DNA of 64,000 nucleotides from NCBI RefSeq assembly GCF_056712565.1, contig NZ_CM160072.1; one strand, 5' to 3'. Shown piece by piece: positions 35,211 to 49,621 of this stretch (position 1 is its first letter; each line of letters starts with the position of its first letter). The notes under the pieces were generated by a model. It saw only the letters and a program-made list of their open reading frames with translations, ran no database searches and was not told where the DNA came from. The position numbers and the translations under genes were made by a program.

Positions 35211-35306
35211 CTGCTCTCCAATGACTAGTCTAAAAACTAGTATTAAGACTATCACTTAAATAAGTGATATTGGTTGTCTGGAGATTCAGGGGGCCAGTCT
35301 ATTGCA

Positions 35307-37658
<2,352 letters not shown>

Positions 37659-37659
37659 A

Positions 37660-38346
<687 letters not shown>

Positions 38347-39504
38347 TCAGGATGCGGGGATAACCAACGGTTTATTCCCGCTTAGCTCGGTCACCAGGTC
38401 ATTGATGCCATCGCTCATATTTTTAAAGCGCGTCAACGGCGAACGAGTGACCACCACAAACGCGCCAATATTCTTCTGCGGGATCATCGCCATATAGGTA
38501 ATGAAACCGCCACCACCACCTGTCTTCTGAATAATCCCCGGACGACCCTCTTTCGGGGCCATATATACCCAGCCTAAACCAAGCGCATCCGCTTTGCCGG
38601 GGACATCCATGCCAATCACTTTTGTAAACTGCGCGCGCTGATAAATCAACGTCTGCATGCGATCAGCCTGGTTACTGCGCTGATAAAAATCAGATGACAA
38701 ATACTGCTGCATCCAGCGCATCATATCGCCTGGCGTGGAATAGACGCCGCCGCTGCCAATTGCCGCCAGCGTGTTATTGCACGGACTGGCACCGCGCTCA
38801 GCAACCATTAAACGGCGGCACTGATCCGGTGAGGGGGTGTAGGTGGTGTCTTTCATCCCCAACGGACGGGTAATCTGCTCTTCAAACAACTGGGTATAAG
38901 GCTTGCCGGACGCATTCGCCAGTGCATCTGCCAGCAGATCGAATGCGAGGTTGGAGTACGCGGCCTGGCTGCCCGGCGCGGCTTTTAGTTTGGCAGTGGA
39001 AAGGTATTTCCAGCGTTGCTCGCGCGTTGGCCAGACAAATACCGGACGATGTGCCGCGCCACCGGGCTGTTCACGGGGCAGGGCGCTGGTATGGGTTGCC
39101 AGATTCACCAGCGTAATGGGCGTCCCATTGTAGGTCGGTACGCGTGCGCCTGGCGGAGCATATTTACTTAGCGGATCGTTTAACTTCACGGTCCCCTGGT
39201 CGAGCAATTTCACCAGCATCTCACTGGTCATTAACTTGGTGAGGGAAGCAATACGTATGACGGAATCCAGCTGCGGGCGAACGTTATTACCAGGTCGCGT
39301 TTCGCCATAACTGCGAAAGACGCGCTGGTTACCGTCGATAACAACCAGCGCCATCCCCGTGGCACCGCTGCCGTAAAAAATATGATCGGCATAACGATCG
39401 ACAATATCAGAGGCAAACTCCGGTTCAGTGATCGGCTGCGCCGCATGGACGGAGGTCAATGACGCCGCATACAGCACGGCAGAAAAAAGCAGACTACGTT
39501 TCAA
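38347..39504 (-). CDS. ampH: Penicillin-binding protein AmpH (class C beta-lactamase fold)
   Basis: 385 aa; signal peptide; SLTK active-site motif (IASLTKLMT). Confidence 0.9.
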   Translation of the reverse strand: MKRSLLFSAVLYAASLTSVHAAQPITEPEFASDIVDRYADHIFYGSGATGMALVVIDGNQRVFRSYGETRPGNNVRPQLDSVIRIASLTKLMTSEMLVKLLDQGTVKLNDPLSKYAPPGARVPTYNGTPITLVNLATHTSALPREQPGGAAHRPVFVWPTREQRWKYLSTAKLKAAPGSQAAYSNLAFDLLADALANASGKPYTQLFEEQITRPLGMKDTTYTPSPDQCRRLMVAERGASPCNNTLAAIGSGGVYSTPGDMMRWMQQYLSSDFYQRSNQADRMQTLIYQRAQFTKVIGMDVPGKADALGLGWVYMAPKEGRPGIIQKTGGGGGFITYMAMIPQKNIGAFVVVTRSPLTRFKNMSDGINDLVTELSGNKPLVIPAS

Positions 39505-39855
39505 CGGTGGTGTCCATAGATTGAATGAAGGTAACTGAGCGTATTTATACTACTCATTGATGGATTGCAAAGGGCGAATTAGTGCAATAATAGTGTTAAA
39601 AACGTAACGGCGCGTAAACACGATCTTTTTCCTGCTCACCAATGCCTGCATTTGTGATCCTGCGCGTGTTAATCCGCTTATGTAAACAATCTTTGGTTTG
39701 TGAAACCCGTCGAAACAATTCTTATGGTCAGGCTGGCGAACTAAGCGCCTTGCTATGGGTCACAATGGGCAGTTTCATTTGGCTGACGCTTTGTAGCGGT
39801 CATGCGGTTAATACACAGCAGTTGTTAAAACGATAAGAAGTTAGCAGGAGTGCAT

Positions 39856-41076
39856 ATGTTTAAGTCTTTTTTCCCAAAGCCGGGAACGTTTTTTCTCTCG
39901 GCCTTTGTTTGGGCATTGATTGCCGTTATCTTCTGGCAAGCCGGTGGGGGTGATTGGGTGGCGCGTATCACCGGCGCTTCCGGGCAGATCCCGATTAGCG
40001 CCGCGCGTTTCTGGTCGTTGGATTTCCTGATTTTTTACGCTTACTACATTGTTTGCGTAGGACTTTTTGCATTGTTCTGGTTTATCTATAGCCCGCACCG
40101 TTGGCAATACTGGTCAATACTCGGTACTGCGCTGATTATCTTCGTCACCTGGTTTTTGGTGGAAGTCGGGGTTGCCGTCAACGCCTGGTATGCGCCGTTC
40201 TATGATCTGATTCAAACGGCGCTAAGTTCGCCGCATAAAGTCACCATCGAACAATTTTACCGCGAAGTGGGCGTCTTTCTGGGGATTGCGCTGATCGCGG
40301 TGGTGATCAGTGTGCTGAACAACTTCTTTGTCAGTCACTACGTGTTCCGCTGGCGTACGGCGATGAACGAATATTACATGGCGAACTGGCAACAACTGCG
40401 TCATATCGAAGGGGCCGCGCAGCGTGTGCAGGAAGACACCATGCGTTTTGCTTCAACGCTGGAGAATATGGGCGTCAGCTTTATCAACGCTATCATGACG
40501 TTGATCGCCTTCCTGCCGGTGCTGGTAACGCTCTCCGCACATGTGCCGGAGCTGCCGATTGTCGGGCACATTCCGTATGGTCTGGTGATTGCCGCTATCG
40601 TCTGGTCGCTGATGGGGACCGGATTACTGGCAGTGGTAGGGATCAAACTGCCGGGGCTGGAGTTTAAAAACCAGCGTGTAGAGGCTGCCTACCGTAAAGA
40701 GCTGGTTTATGGTGAAGACGATGCCACGCGCGCGACGCCGCCTACGGTACGCGAGCTTTTTAGCGCCGTACGGAAAAACTATTTCCGCCTCTATTTTCAC
40801 TATATGTATTTCAATATCGCCCGCATTCTCTATTTGCAGGTCGATAACGTTTTCGGTTTGTTCTTGCTGTTTCCGTCAATTGTTGCCGGTACGATTACGC
40901 TCGGCCTGATGACGCAGATTACTAACGTTTTTGGTCAGGTTCGCGGTGCTTTCCAGTACCTGATTAACTCATGGACCACACTGGTTGAGTTGATGTCTAT
41001 CTACAAACGTCTGCGCAGCTTTGAACATGAGCTGGATGGTGACAAAATTCAGGAAGTAACCCATACCTTGAGCTAA
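39856..41076 (+). CDS. sbmA: Peptide antibiotic/microcin inner-membrane transporter
   Basis: Start at [27 protein letters not shown]; 406 aa; multi-TM. Confidence 0.9.
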   Translation: MFKSFFPKPGTFFLSAFVWALIAVIFWQAGGGDWVARITGASGQIPISAARFWSLDFLIFYAYYIVCVGLFALFWFIYSPHRWQYWSILGTALIIFVTWFLVEVGVAVNAWYAPFYDLIQTALSSPHKVTIEQFYREVGVFLGIALIAVVISVLNNFFVSHYVFRWRTAMNEYYMANWQQLRHIEGAAQRVQEDTMRFASTLENMGVSFINAIMTLIAFLPVLVTLSAHVPELPIVGHIPYGLVIAAIVWSLMGTGLLAVVGIKLPGLEFKNQRVEAAYRKELVYGEDDATRATPPTVRELFSAVRKNYFRLYFHYMYFNIARILYLQVDNVFGLFLLFPSIVAGTITLGLMTQITNVFGQVRGAFQYLINSWTTLVELMSIYKRLRSFEHELDGDKIQEVTHTLS

Positions 41077-41088
41077 AAAGGAGAAGTA

Positions 41089-42183
41089 ATGTCGCGCGTC
41101 AATCCTCTATCTTCGCTGTCATTGTTGGCGGTTCTGATTTTAGCGGGGTGTAGTAGTCAGGCTCCGCAACCGTTGAAAAAGGGCGAAAAAGCGATAGATG
41201 TGGCGAGTGTCGTGCGGCAGAAGATGCCTGCGAGCGTGAAAGACCGCGATGCCTGGGCGAAAGATCTCGCCACCACCTTTGAAAGTCAGGGGCTGGCACC
41301 GACGCTGGAAAACGTCTGCTCGGTGCTGGCGGTGGCGCAGCAGGAGTCAAATTATCAGGCAGATCCGGCCGTTCCGGGCTTAAGCAAGATCGCCTGGCAA
41401 GAGATTGACCGTCGTGCTGAACGGATGCACATTCCTGCTTTTCTGGTGCATACCGCGCTAAAAATCAAATCGCCAAACGGCAAAAGCTATAGCGAACGGT
41501 TAGATTCGGTGCGTACAGAAAAGCAATTGAGCGCGATTTTTGACGATCTGATCAGCATGGTGCCAATGGGGCAGACGCTGTTTGGTTCGCTCAATCCGGT
41601 GCGCACCGGTGGGCCGATGCAGGTCAGTATTGCTTTTGCCGAACAGCATACCAAAGGGTATCCGTGGAAAATGGACGGTACAGTCCGTCAGGAAGTCTTC
41701 AGTCGCCGCGGCGGGTTGTGGTTTGGTACTTACCATTTACTGAATTATCCCGCCAGCTATAGCGCGCCGATATACCGTTTTGCTGATTTTAACGCTGGCT
41801 GGTACGCCAGCCGTAATGCCGCGTTTCAGAACGCGGTCAGTAAGGCCAGCGGCGTGAAGCTGGCACTGGACGGTGATTTAATTCGTTACGACAGTAAAGA
41901 GCCCGGGAAAACCGAACTGGCAACGCGCAAACTGGCGGGAAAACTGGGGATGAGCGACAGCGAAATTCGCCGTCAGTTAGAGAAAGGGGACAGCTTCTCT
42001 TTTGAGGAGACGGCGCTGTACAAGAAAGTTTATCAACTTGCCGAAGCGAAAACCGGTAAATCACTACCCCGCGAAATGTTGCCTGGCATTCAACTGGAAA
42101 GCCCGAAAATCACCCGCAATCTGACTACGGCCTGGTTTGCGAAGCGCGTAGACGAACGGCGGGCGCGTTGTATGAAACAGTGA
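41089..42183 (+). CDS. yaiW: Lipoprotein YaiW (DUF1615)
   Basis: 364 aa; lipobox LILAGC after signal peptide; 12 bp after sbmA. Confidence 0.8.
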   Translation: MSRVNPLSSLSLLAVLILAGCSSQAPQPLKKGEKAIDVASVVRQKMPASVKDRDAWAKDLATTFESQGLAPTLENVCSVLAVAQQESNYQADPAVPGLSKIAWQEIDRRAERMHIPAFLVHTALKIKSPNGKSYSERLDSVRTEKQLSAIFDDLISMVPMGQTLFGSLNPVRTGGPMQVSIAFAEQHTKGYPWKMDGTVRQEVFSRRGGLWFGTYHLLNYPASYSAPIYRFADFNAGWYASRNAAFQNAVSKASGVKLALDGDLIRYDSKEPGKTELATRKLAGKLGMSDSEIRRQLEKGDSFSFEETALYKKVYQLAEAKTGKSLPREMLPGIQLESPKITRNLTTAWFAKRVDERRARCMKQ

Positions 42184-42200
42184 TCAAACAGGAATGTCAC

Positions 42201-42231
42201 GCCAGATAAGGCGTTTTAGGCCGCATCTGGC
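42201..42231. repeat. REP-like element between yaiW and yaiY
   Basis: gccagataaggcgttttaggccgcatctggc. Confidence 0.5.
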
Positions 42232-42241
42232 AACGTAAATC

Positions 42242-42550
42242 TTACTGGCGGCGATGTCGCCAGTGCAGCCATAGCGCCACTACTGCAAAAATGAGGCAGC
42301 CTACTAAAAACGGGATCAGCCCAAAAATGGTGCCGACACCTAAACCAATTTCCACCCGTGGGCGACCTGTTTCCTGGACCTGCATTAAACGCTCATAGAC
42401 GCCGGGCGCATGCACTAGCAGGTTCAGCAATTGCGCCCCAGCCCAAAAGCAAAACAGCACAAACAACGCATAGGCAATATTGCCAGGCGTTGAAGATGCA
42501 TTGCGATATTTTCCGCTAAACAGCGATTTTGACAGGGTGAAATCAGCCAT
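42242..42550 (-). CDS. yaiY: Inner-membrane protein (DUF2755)
   Basis: 102-aa ORF with two or three TM helices. Confidence 0.7.
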
Positions 42551-42809
42551 AAAAACCTCCGGAAGTCATCTGCTTCTCTTCTGGTGTGATACCAGCGGCT
42601 TATGGCAAGTCTGACAGGTCATTTCGATTGTCAATATCAGAATCATGGTAAATTGATGTTGGGAATATTCCCGAAGCGTGAATCTTCGTTGTGAGTCACA
42701 AAATAGCAACCTTAAGTTAAATTTATTAACAATTGCGAAAGTGTTGTCTACACCACAGACAGTTGTTACAGAATATGCAAGGATGTTGTTTTTCGTTAAC
42801 GGAGCTGCC

Positions 42810-43022
42810 ATGAATCTGCCTGTAAAAATCCGCCGTGACTGGCACTACTATGCGTTCGCCATTGGCCTTATATTCATTCTTAATGGCGTGGTGGGGTTAC
42901 TGGGATTTGAAGCAAAAGGTTGGCAGACCTATGCCGTCGGTCTGGTGACGTGGGTGATTAGTTTCTGGCTGGCGGGGTTGATTATTCGTCGTCGCGATGA
43001 AGAAACTGAAAACGCCCAATAA
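42810..43022 (+). CDS. yaiZ: Small membrane protein (DUF2754)
   Basis: Start at MNLPVKIRRDWHYYAFAIGLIFILNGVVGLLGF; 70 aa; track ORF is longer upstream. Confidence 0.6.
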   Translation: MNLPVKIRRDWHYYAFAIGLIFILNGVVGLLGFEAKGWQTYAVGLVTWVISFWLAGLIIRRRDEETENAQ

Positions 43023-43045
43023 GAATATTACCGGGCGTTTGAATA

Positions 43046-44140
43046 TTACATTGTGGTTTTCAGTGCGTTATCCGCAGCGTGACGCTCCAGCGCCAGCTCA
43101 ATCAAACGCGTGATCAGGTCGGTGTAACCCAGACCGCTGGCTTGCCACAGCTTCGGATACATACTGATGTTGGTGAAGCCAGGCAGGGTGTTGATCTCGT
43201 TGATCACTACTTCGTTCTCTGGGGTTAAAAACACGTCTACACGCGCCATGCCTGCGCATCCCAACGTCTGATAAGCCTGAACGGCAATCGCCCGGATCTT
43301 ATCGTTGATTTCTGGCGCAATGGCTGCTGGAACTACCACTTTCGCGCCATCTTCGTCAATGTACTTGGTGTCGTAGGCATAGAAATCGCTGGTGAGTACG
43401 ATCTCGCCACAGGTGCTTGCTTGCGGGTTATCGTTGCCAAGAACTGCGCATTCGATTTCACGACCTTTGATCCCTTGCTCAACGATCACTTTATGATCGA
43501 ACTCGAACGCCAGATCGACGGCAATTGTGTACTGTTCTTCACTGGTTACTTTGCTGACACCAACAGAAGAGCCCTGATTAGCCGGTTTTACAAACAGCGG
43601 TAACCCCAGTTTAGACTCCACTTCGGCAAAACTGATGTTGTGACGATTAGCGCGCGTCAGGGTAATAAATGGCGCAATGTTCAGCCCGGCATCGCGCAGC
43701 AGACGTTTGGTGACATCTTTATCCATACAGGCCGCTGAAGCCAGAACATCAGAACCTACAAACGGTAAATTGGCGACCCGCAGCATTCCCTGCAAGGAAC
43801 CATCTTCGCCCAGCGTACCGTGGACAATCGGGAAAATGACATCCACCGTCGGCAACGGCTGACCGTTTTGTGCGTCGATAAGCTGATGCTCATGTTTACC
43901 TGGCACCTGCGCAAGGCTGGTCGCCGAAGGACGCAACGCAATATGGGCAGGATCGTCTGCATTTAGCAGATAATTGCTGGCATCGCTGACGTGCCATTGC
44001 CCTTGTTTATCAATGCCCAGCAGCACAACATCGAAGCGACTTTTATCAATGGCATCGACAATGTTTTTTGCCGATTGCAGAGACACTTCATGTTCCGCTG
44101 ATTTACCACCAAAAACGATTCCTACCCGCAGTTTTTCCAT
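43046..44140 (-). CDS. ddlA: D-alanine--D-alanine ligase A
   Basis: 364-aa ATP-grasp [31 protein letters not shown]. Confidence 0.92.
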   Translation of the reverse strand: MEKLRVGIVFGGKSAEHEVSLQSAKNIVDAIDKSRFDVVLLGIDKQGQWHVSDASNYLLNADDPAHIALRPSATSLAQVPGKHEHQLIDAQNGQPLPTVDVIFPIVHGTLGEDGSLQGMLRVANLPFVGSDVLASAACMDKDVTKRLLRDAGLNIAPFITLTRANRHNISFAEVESKLGLPLFVKPANQGSSVGVSKVTSEEQYTIAVDLAFEFDHKVIVEQGIKGREIECAVLGNDNPQASTCGEIVLTSDFYAYDTKYIDEDGAKVVVPAAIAPEINDKIRAIAVQAYQTLGCAGMARVDVFLTPENEVVINEINTLPGFTNISMYPKLWQASGLGYTDLITRLIELALERHAADNALKTTM

Positions 44141-44602
44141 CTTAAAAACCTATCCCGTCTAACACAAAGTGCATACATTACCACGACAAAACGGGGGATT
44201 CGCGGCCTTCTGACAGAATGTTGCAATCTTCTGCTGACAAAGCGAGCAACGTACTGGTGAAGAAAGTGCGTTATCTCAAAGATGTGTGCAAGATCACAAA
44301 AATGATGAACGGGAAGCTAATTTATTCCTGGCTTAAATGACCATGTGGTGAGTTTTTTCTCTTAATTATAAGATAACGAAGAGAATATATTTCATAACTT
44401 TTATTTATAATAAAGGTTGATAATTAAAGGCCTGTATTTTATGTGGGTAATTATTTAAATAAGAGAAACGTTTCGCTGGTAATCAAACAAAAAAATATTT
44501 GCGCAAAGTATTTCCTTTGTCATAAAAATAATACTTCCAGACACTATGAAGTTGTGAAACATAATGTTAACTTCTCCATACTTTGGATAAGGAAATACAT
44601 AC

Positions 44603-44863
44603 ATGAAAAATCTCATTGCTGAGTTGTTATTTAAGCTTGCCCAAAAAGAAGAAGAGTCGAAAGAACTGTGTGCGCAGGTAGAAGCTTTGGAGATTATCGT
44701 CACGGCAATGCTTCGCAATATGGCGCAAAATGATCAACAGCGGTTGATTGATCAGGTAGAGGGGGCGCTGTACGAGGTAAAGCCCGATGCCAGCATTCCT
44801 GACGACGATACGGAGCTGCTGCGCGATTACGTAAAGAAGTTATTGAGGCATCCTCGTCAGTAA
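44603..44863 (+). CDS. iraP: Anti-adaptor protein IraP (stabilises RpoS)
   Basis: 86-aa coiled-coil [36 protein letters not shown]; precedes phoA. Confidence 0.8.
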
Positions 44864-44883
44864 AAAGTTAATCTTTTCAACAG

Positions 44884-44901
44884 CTGTCATAAAGTTGTCA
44901 C
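44884..44901 (+). promoter_or_regulatory. Pho box of phoA promoter, with -10 TATAGT at 44912-44917
   Basis: ctgtcataaagttgtcac matches PhoB-binding consensus CTGTCATA(A/T)A(T/A)CTGTCA(C/T). Confidence 0.85.
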
Positions 44902-44963
44902 GGCCGAGACTTATAGTCGCTTTGTTTTTATTTTTTAATGTATTTGTACATGGAGAAAATAAA

Positions 44964-46379
44964 GTGAAACAAAGCACTATTGCACTGGCACTCTTACCGT
45001 TACTGTTTACCCCCGTGACAAAAGCCCGGACACCAGAAATGCCTGTTCTGGAAAACCGGGCTGCTCAGGGCGATATTACTGCACCCGGTGGTGCTCGCCG
45101 CTTAACGGGTGATCAGACCGCCGCTCTGCGTGATTCTCTTAGCGATAAACCTGCAAAAAATATTATTTTGCTGATTGGCGATGGGATGGGGGACTCGGAA
45201 ATTACTGCCGCACGCAATTATGCCGAAGGTGCGGGCGGCTTTTTTAAAGGTATTGATGCCTTACCGCTTACCGGGCAATACACTCACTATGCGCTGAATA
45301 AAAAAACCGGCAAACCGGACTACGTCACCGACTCGGCTGCATCAGCAACCGCCTGGTCAACAGGTGTCAAAACCTATAATGGCGCGCTGGGCGTCGATAT
45401 TCACGAAAAAGATCACCCAACGATTCTGGAAATGGCAAAAGCCGCAGGTCTGGCGACCGGTAACGTTTCTACCGCAGAGTTGCAGGATGCCACGCCCGCT
45501 GCGCTGGTGGCGCATGTGACCTCGCGCAAATGCTACGGTCCGAGTGCGACCAGTGAAAAATGTCCGGGTAACGCTCTGGAAAAAGGCGGAAAAGGATCGA
45601 TTACCGAACAGCTGCTTAACGCCCGTGCCGATGTTACGCTTGGCGGCGGTGCAAAAACCTTTGCTGAAACGGCAACCGCCGGTGAATGGCAGGGAAAAAC
45701 GCTGCGTGAACAGGCACAGGCGCGTGGTTATCAGTTGGTGAGCGATACTGCCTCACTGAATTCGGTGACGGAAGCGAATCAGCAAAAACCCCTATTAGGA
45801 CTGTTTGCTGACGGCAATATGCCAGTGCGCTGGCAAGGACCGAAAGCAACGTACCACGGTAATATAGATAAGCCCGCAGTCACCTGTACGCCTAATCCGC
45901 AACGTAATGACAGTGTACCGACCCTGGCGCAGATGACCGACAAAGCCATTGAATTGTTGAGTAAAAATGAGAAAGGCTTTTTCCTGCAAGTTGAAGGTGC
46001 GTCAATCGATAAACAGGATCACGCAGCGAATCCTTGTGGGCAAATTGGCGAGACGGTCGATCTCGATGAAGCCGTACAACGGGCGCTGGAATTCGCTAAA
46101 AAGGATGGTAACACGTTGGTCATAGTCACCGCTGATCACGCCCATGCCAGCCAGATAGTTGCGCCGGATACCAAAGCTCCGGGCCTCACCCAGGCGCTAA
46201 ATACCAAAGATGGCGCAGTGATGGTGATGAGTTACGGGAACTCCGAAGAGGATTCACAAGAACATACCGGCAGTCAGTTGCGTATTGCGGCGTATGGCCC
46301 GCATGCCGCCAATGTTGTTGGACTGACCGACCAGACCGATCTCTTCTACACCATGAAAGCCGCCCTGGGGCTGAAATAA
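44964..46379 (+). CDS. phoA: Alkaline phosphatase
   Basis: GTG start at [21 protein letters not shown] (signal peptide); active-site DSAASATA; 471 aa. Confidence 0.95.
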   Translation: MKQSTIALALLPLLFTPVTKARTPEMPVLENRAAQGDITAPGGARRLTGDQTAALRDSLSDKPAKNIILLIGDGMGDSEITAARNYAEGAGGFFKGIDALPLTGQYTHYALNKKTGKPDYVTDSAASATAWSTGVKTYNGALGVDIHEKDHPTILEMAKAAGLATGNVSTAELQDATPAALVAHVTSRKCYGPSATSEKCPGNALEKGGKGSITEQLLNARADVTLGGGAKTFAETATAGEWQGKTLREQAQARGYQLVSDTASLNSVTEANQQKPLLGLFADGNMPVRWQGPKATYHGNIDKPAVTCTPNPQRNDSVPTLAQMTDKAIELLSKNEKGFFLQVEGASIDKQDHAANPCGQIGETVDLDEAVQRALEFAKKDGNTLVIVTADHAHASQIVAPDTKAPGLTQALNTKDGAVMVMSYGNSEEDSQEHTGSQLRIAAYGPHAANVVGLTDQTDLFYTMKAALGLK

Positions 46380-46386
46380 AACCGCG

Positions 46387-46422
46387 CCCGGCAGTGAATT
46401 TTCGCTGCCGGGTGGTTTTTTT
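46387..46422 (+). terminator. Rho-independent terminator after phoA
   Basis: cccggcag (stem) tgaattttcg (loop) ctgccggg (stem) followed by tggtttttttg. Confidence 0.75.
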
Positions 46423-46497
46423 GCTGTTAGCAACCAGACTTAATGGCAGATCACGGGCGCATACGCTCATGGTTAAAACATGAAGAGGGATGGTGCG

Positions 46498-46818
46498 ATG
46501 AAAATTACATTACTGGTTACCTTGCTTTTCGGTCTGGTTTTTTTAACCACCGTCGGCGCTGCCGAGAGAACCTTAACCCCACAACAACAGCGTATGACCT
46601 CTTGTAATCAGCAGGCGACGGCGCAGGCGTTGAAAGGGGATGCTCGTAAGACCTACATGAGTGATTGCCTGAAGAACAGCAAATCTGCGCCTGGTGAAAA
46701 AAGTTTGACGCCACAGCAGCAAAAGATGCGCGAATGTAATAATCAAGCAACACAACAATCTCTGAAAGGGGATGATCGTAATAAGTTTATGAGTGCCTGC
46801 CTCAAGAAAGCCGCCTGA
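46498..46818 (+). CDS. psiF: Phosphate-starvation-inducible protein PsiF
   Basis: Start at MKITLLVTLLFGLVFLTTVGA; two KTYMSDCLK-type repeats; 106 aa. Confidence 0.8.
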   Translation: MKITLLVTLLFGLVFLTTVGAAERTLTPQQQRMTSCNQQATAQALKGDARKTYMSDCLKNSKSAPGEKSLTPQQQKMRECNNQATQQSLKGDDRNKFMSACLKKAA

Positions 46819-46835
46819 TACCTGATAGTGCTAAC

Positions 46836-46870
46836 GGGTGAGCTACGAAAATGGCTCACCCGAAATTTCA
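46836..46870 (+). terminator. Terminator hairpin after psiF
   Basis: gggtgagc tacgaaaatg gctcaccc followed by gaaatttca. Confidence 0.6.
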
Positions 46871-46919
46871 TACTTCTGCCTTTAGCCCCGTCTCTATAAT
46901 TTGGGAAAATTGTTTCTGA

Positions 46920-48035
46920 ATGTTCCCAAAAATAATGAATGATGAAAACTTTTTCAAAAAAGCGGCGGCGCATGGGGAGGAACCTCCTTTAACTCCTCAA
47001 AACGAACATCAGCGGTCCGGGCTGCGCTTTGCCCGTCGCGTCAGACTACCCCGCGCGGTTGGCCTGGCTGGCATGTTCTTACCGATTGCTTCAACGCTGG
47101 TTTCGCATCCGTCGCCGGGCTGGTGGTGGCTGTTGTTGGTCGGCTGGGCGTTCGTCTGGCCGCATTTAGCCTGGCAAATAGCGAGCAGGGCCGTCGATCC
47201 GCTTAGCCGGGAAATTTACAACTTAAAAACCGATGCAGTATTAGCGGGAATGTGGGTAGGCGTAATGGGCGTAAACGCACTGCCTTCCACCGCGATGTTG
47301 ATGATTATGTGTCTGAATTTGATGGGGGCAGGCGGCCCCCGTCTGTTTGTCGCGGGTCTGGTGTTGATGGTGGTCTCCTGCCTTGTCACCCTCGAGCTGA
47401 CGGGCATCACCGTGTCGTTCAATAGCGCACCGCTGGAATGGTGGCTCTCCCTTCCCATTATTGTCATTTATCCTCTGCTGTTTGGCTGGGTCAGCTACCA
47501 GACGGCGACTAAACTGGCGGAACATAAACGCAGGTTGCAGGTCATGAGTACCCGCGACGGTATGACGGGCGTGTATAACCGACGTCATTGGGAAACTATG
47601 TTACGCAATGAATTTGATAACTGTCGGCGGCATAATCGCGATGCAACGTTACTGATTATCGATATCGACCATTTCAAGAGCATCAACGATACCTGGGGCC
47701 ATGATGTGGGTGATGAAGCGATTGTGGCGCTTACCCGACAGTTACAAATTACCCTGCGCGGTAGCGATGTGATTGGTCGGTTTGGCGGCGATGAGTTTGC
47801 AGTAATCATGTCCGGTACGCCAGCTGAGAGCGCCATCACCGCCATGTTACGGGTGCATGAAGGGCTAAACACGTTACGCTTGCCGAATACGCCACAGGTA
47901 ACTTTACGGATTAGTGTGGGGGTTGCGCCGCTGAATCCACAAATGAGTCACTATCGCGAGTGGTTGAAATCGGCAGATTTGGCGCTCTACAAAGCAAAGA
48001 AAGCCGGACGTAACCGCACCGAAGTGGCGGCCTGA
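46920..48035 (+). CDS. dgcC: Diguanylate cyclase (MASE2 membrane domain plus GGDEF)
   Basis: 371 aa; RFGGDEF active-site motif, N-terminal TM helices. Confidence 0.85.
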   Translation: MFPKIMNDENFFKKAAAHGEEPPLTPQNEHQRSGLRFARRVRLPRAVGLAGMFLPIASTLVSHPSPGWWWLLLVGWAFVWPHLAWQIASRAVDPLSREIYNLKTDAVLAGMWVGVMGVNALPSTAMLMIMCLNLMGAGGPRLFVAGLVLMVVSCLVTLELTGITVSFNSAPLEWWLSLPIIVIYPLLFGWVSYQTATKLAEHKRRLQVMSTRDGMTGVYNRRHWETMLRNEFDNCRRHNRDATLLIIDIDHFKSINDTWGHDVGDEAIVALTRQLQITLRGSDVIGRFGGDEFAVIMSGTPAESAITAMLRVHEGLNTLRLPNTPQVTLRISVGVAPLNPQMSHYREWLKSADLALYKAKKAGRNRTEVAA

Positions 48036-48051
48036 CGTCCGGCAAAAGCCA

Positions 48052-48861
48052 TCAGGATTTGCTGAGTTTTTCTGATTTTTCCATACACTTCGTCATCGCT
48101 TCGATCACTGCGGCACGGAAGCCTTTCTCTTCCAGTACGCGTACCGCCTCAATGGTGGTGCCTCCCGGTGAGCAGACCATATCTTTCAGTGTCCCCGGAT
48201 GTTCTCCCGTTTCCAGCACCATTTTTGCGGAGCCCATTACCGCCTGAGCGGCAAATTTATACGCCTGGGCGCGTGGCATCCCGCCCAGCACGGCGGCGTC
48301 GGCCATCGCTTCGATAAACATAAAGACGTAGGCTGGCGAAGAACCGCTCACACCGACCACCGGGTGGATCATCGGCTCAGCAATCACTTCCGCTTCGCCA
48401 AAGCAGCGGAAAATATTCAGCACATCAGCGGTATCTTCTGGGGTTACCAGCGCGTTTGGCGTTACGGAGGTCATCCCGGCATTAACCAGCGCGGGAGTGT
48501 TCGGCATGGCGCGGATAATTTTCCGGTCATGGCCCAGCGCGCGGGCAAGCTGGTCGAGCGTGATACCTGCAGCAATAGAAACGACCAGAGAGTCTTTATT
48601 CAGGCTGGAGGTGATTTCGCTAAGCACTTTAATCATGATGCCTGGTTTAACGGCGGCAAAAATGATGTCGGCGATTTGCGCTACTTCTTGCGCCGATTCT
48701 GCGGCGTTGATGCCGAACTGGTCATGCAGGACGGTGACTTTATCCGGGGAGGGGGTATATACCCAGATTTGCCCTGGAAGCACCTGACCGCTGGCAATCA
48801 GACCGCCGAGAATGGCTTTTCCCATATTGCCGCAGCCAATAAAACCGATTTTCTTTTCCAT
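48052..48861 (-). CDS. proC: Pyrroline-5-carboxylate reductase
   Basis: Start at [21 protein letters not shown] (Rossmann); 269 aa; track ORF extended upstream. Confidence 0.92.
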   Translation of the reverse strand: MEKKIGFIGCGNMGKAILGGLIASGQVLPGQIWVYTPSPDKVTVLHDQFGINAAESAQEVAQIADIIFAAVKPGIMIKVLSEITSSLNKDSLVVSIAAGITLDQLARALGHDRKIIRAMPNTPALVNAGMTSVTPNALVTPEDTADVLNIFRCFGEAEVIAEPMIHPVVGVSGSSPAYVFMFIEAMADAAVLGGMPRAQAYKFAAQAVMGSAKMVLETGEHPGTLKDMVCSPGGTTIEAVRVLEEKGFRAAVIEAMTKCMEKSEKLSKS

Positions 48862-48980
48862 TGCCTCACTCCTGCCGTGAAATTCATTGTTTTGATAATC
48901 GCTGGCAGAAGCATAAACAGAACTATGCCGGAAGGCAAAAGCGCGACACAATAGAGGATTACCCAACAAAGGATGACTTT

Positions 48981-49439
48981 ATGACAATTTGGGTGGATGC
49001 CGACGCGTGTCCCAATGTAATTAAAGAGATTTTGTATCGCGCGGCGGAACGTATGCAGATGCCGCTGGTACTGGTAGCAAACCAGAGTTTACGCGTGCCG
49101 CCATCGCGATTTATTCGTACGCTGCGCGTCGCGGCAGGTTTCGACGTTGCTGATAACGAAATTGTTCGGCAGTGTGAAGCGGGCGATTTGGTGATCACCG
49201 CAGATATACCTTTGGCTGCTGAAGCCATCGAGAAAGGCGCGGCGGCGCTTAATCCGCGCGGCGAACGTTACACGCCAGCGACCATTCGTGAGCGCCTGAC
49301 GATGCGCGATTTTATGGATACCTTACGTGCCAGTGGGATCCAGACCGGAGGACCAGATAGTCTTTCACAACGTGACCGCCAGGCTTTTGCTGCGGAGCTG
49401 GAGAAGTGGTGGCTGGAAGTGCAACGTAGTCGTGGCTAA
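48981..49439 (+). CDS. yaiI: UPF0178 family protein
   Basis: Start at [18 protein letters not shown]; 152 aa. Confidence 0.75.
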   Translation: MTIWVDADACPNVIKEILYRAAERMQMPLVLVANQSLRVPPSRFIRTLRVAAGFDVADNEIVRQCEAGDLVITADIPLAAEAIEKGAAALNPRGERYTPATIRERLTMRDFMDTLRASGIQTGGPDSLSQRDRQAFAAELEKWWLEVQRSRG

Positions 49440-49440
49440 A

Positions 49441-49458
49441 TGTAATTTATTATTTACA
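49441..49458 (+). promoter_or_regulatory. TyrR box upstream of aroL
   Basis: tgtaatttattatttaca fits TGTAAA-N6-TTTACA. Confidence 0.6.
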
Positions 49459-49516
49459 CTTCATTCTTGAATATTTATTGGTATAGTAAGGGATGTATTG
49501 AGATTTCCACCTTAAG

Positions 49517-49534
49517 TGGAATTTTTTCTTTACA
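49517..49534 (+). promoter_or_regulatory. TyrR box (weaker) with adjacent TrpR-operator-like gtactagtt at 49544-49552
   Basis: tggaattttttctttaca; aroL is known to be regulated by TyrR and TrpR. Confidence 0.5.
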
Positions 49535-49621
49535 ATCGAAATTGTACTAGTTTGATGGTATGATCGCTATTCTCATGACACCGGCTTTCGCCGCATTGCG
49601 ACCTATTGGGGAAAACCCACG

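Larger units (their letters stand above)
33971..35301 (-). mobile_element. IS2 insertion sequence (IS3 family), 1331 bp, flanked by 5-bp TTGCA direct repeats
   Basis: Ends tggatttgcccctatatttccagacacctgttatcactta ... gggggccagtcta match IS2 inverted repeats as recalled; TTGCA at 33966-33970 and 35302-35306; encodes InsC and InsD. Confidence 0.9.

Noticed and set aside
39700-39855. Possible sigmaE promoter (cgaacta - 16 bp - tcaca) upstream of sbmA-yaiW
   Set aside because: Only a loose match to the GGAACTT / TCTGA consensus; plausible given that sbmA-yaiW is reported as a sigmaE target, but too weak to call from sequence alone.
39841-40107. 88-aa minus-strand ORF overlapping the sbmA start
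   Set aside because: Antisense to the well-supported sbmA N-terminus with no independent support.
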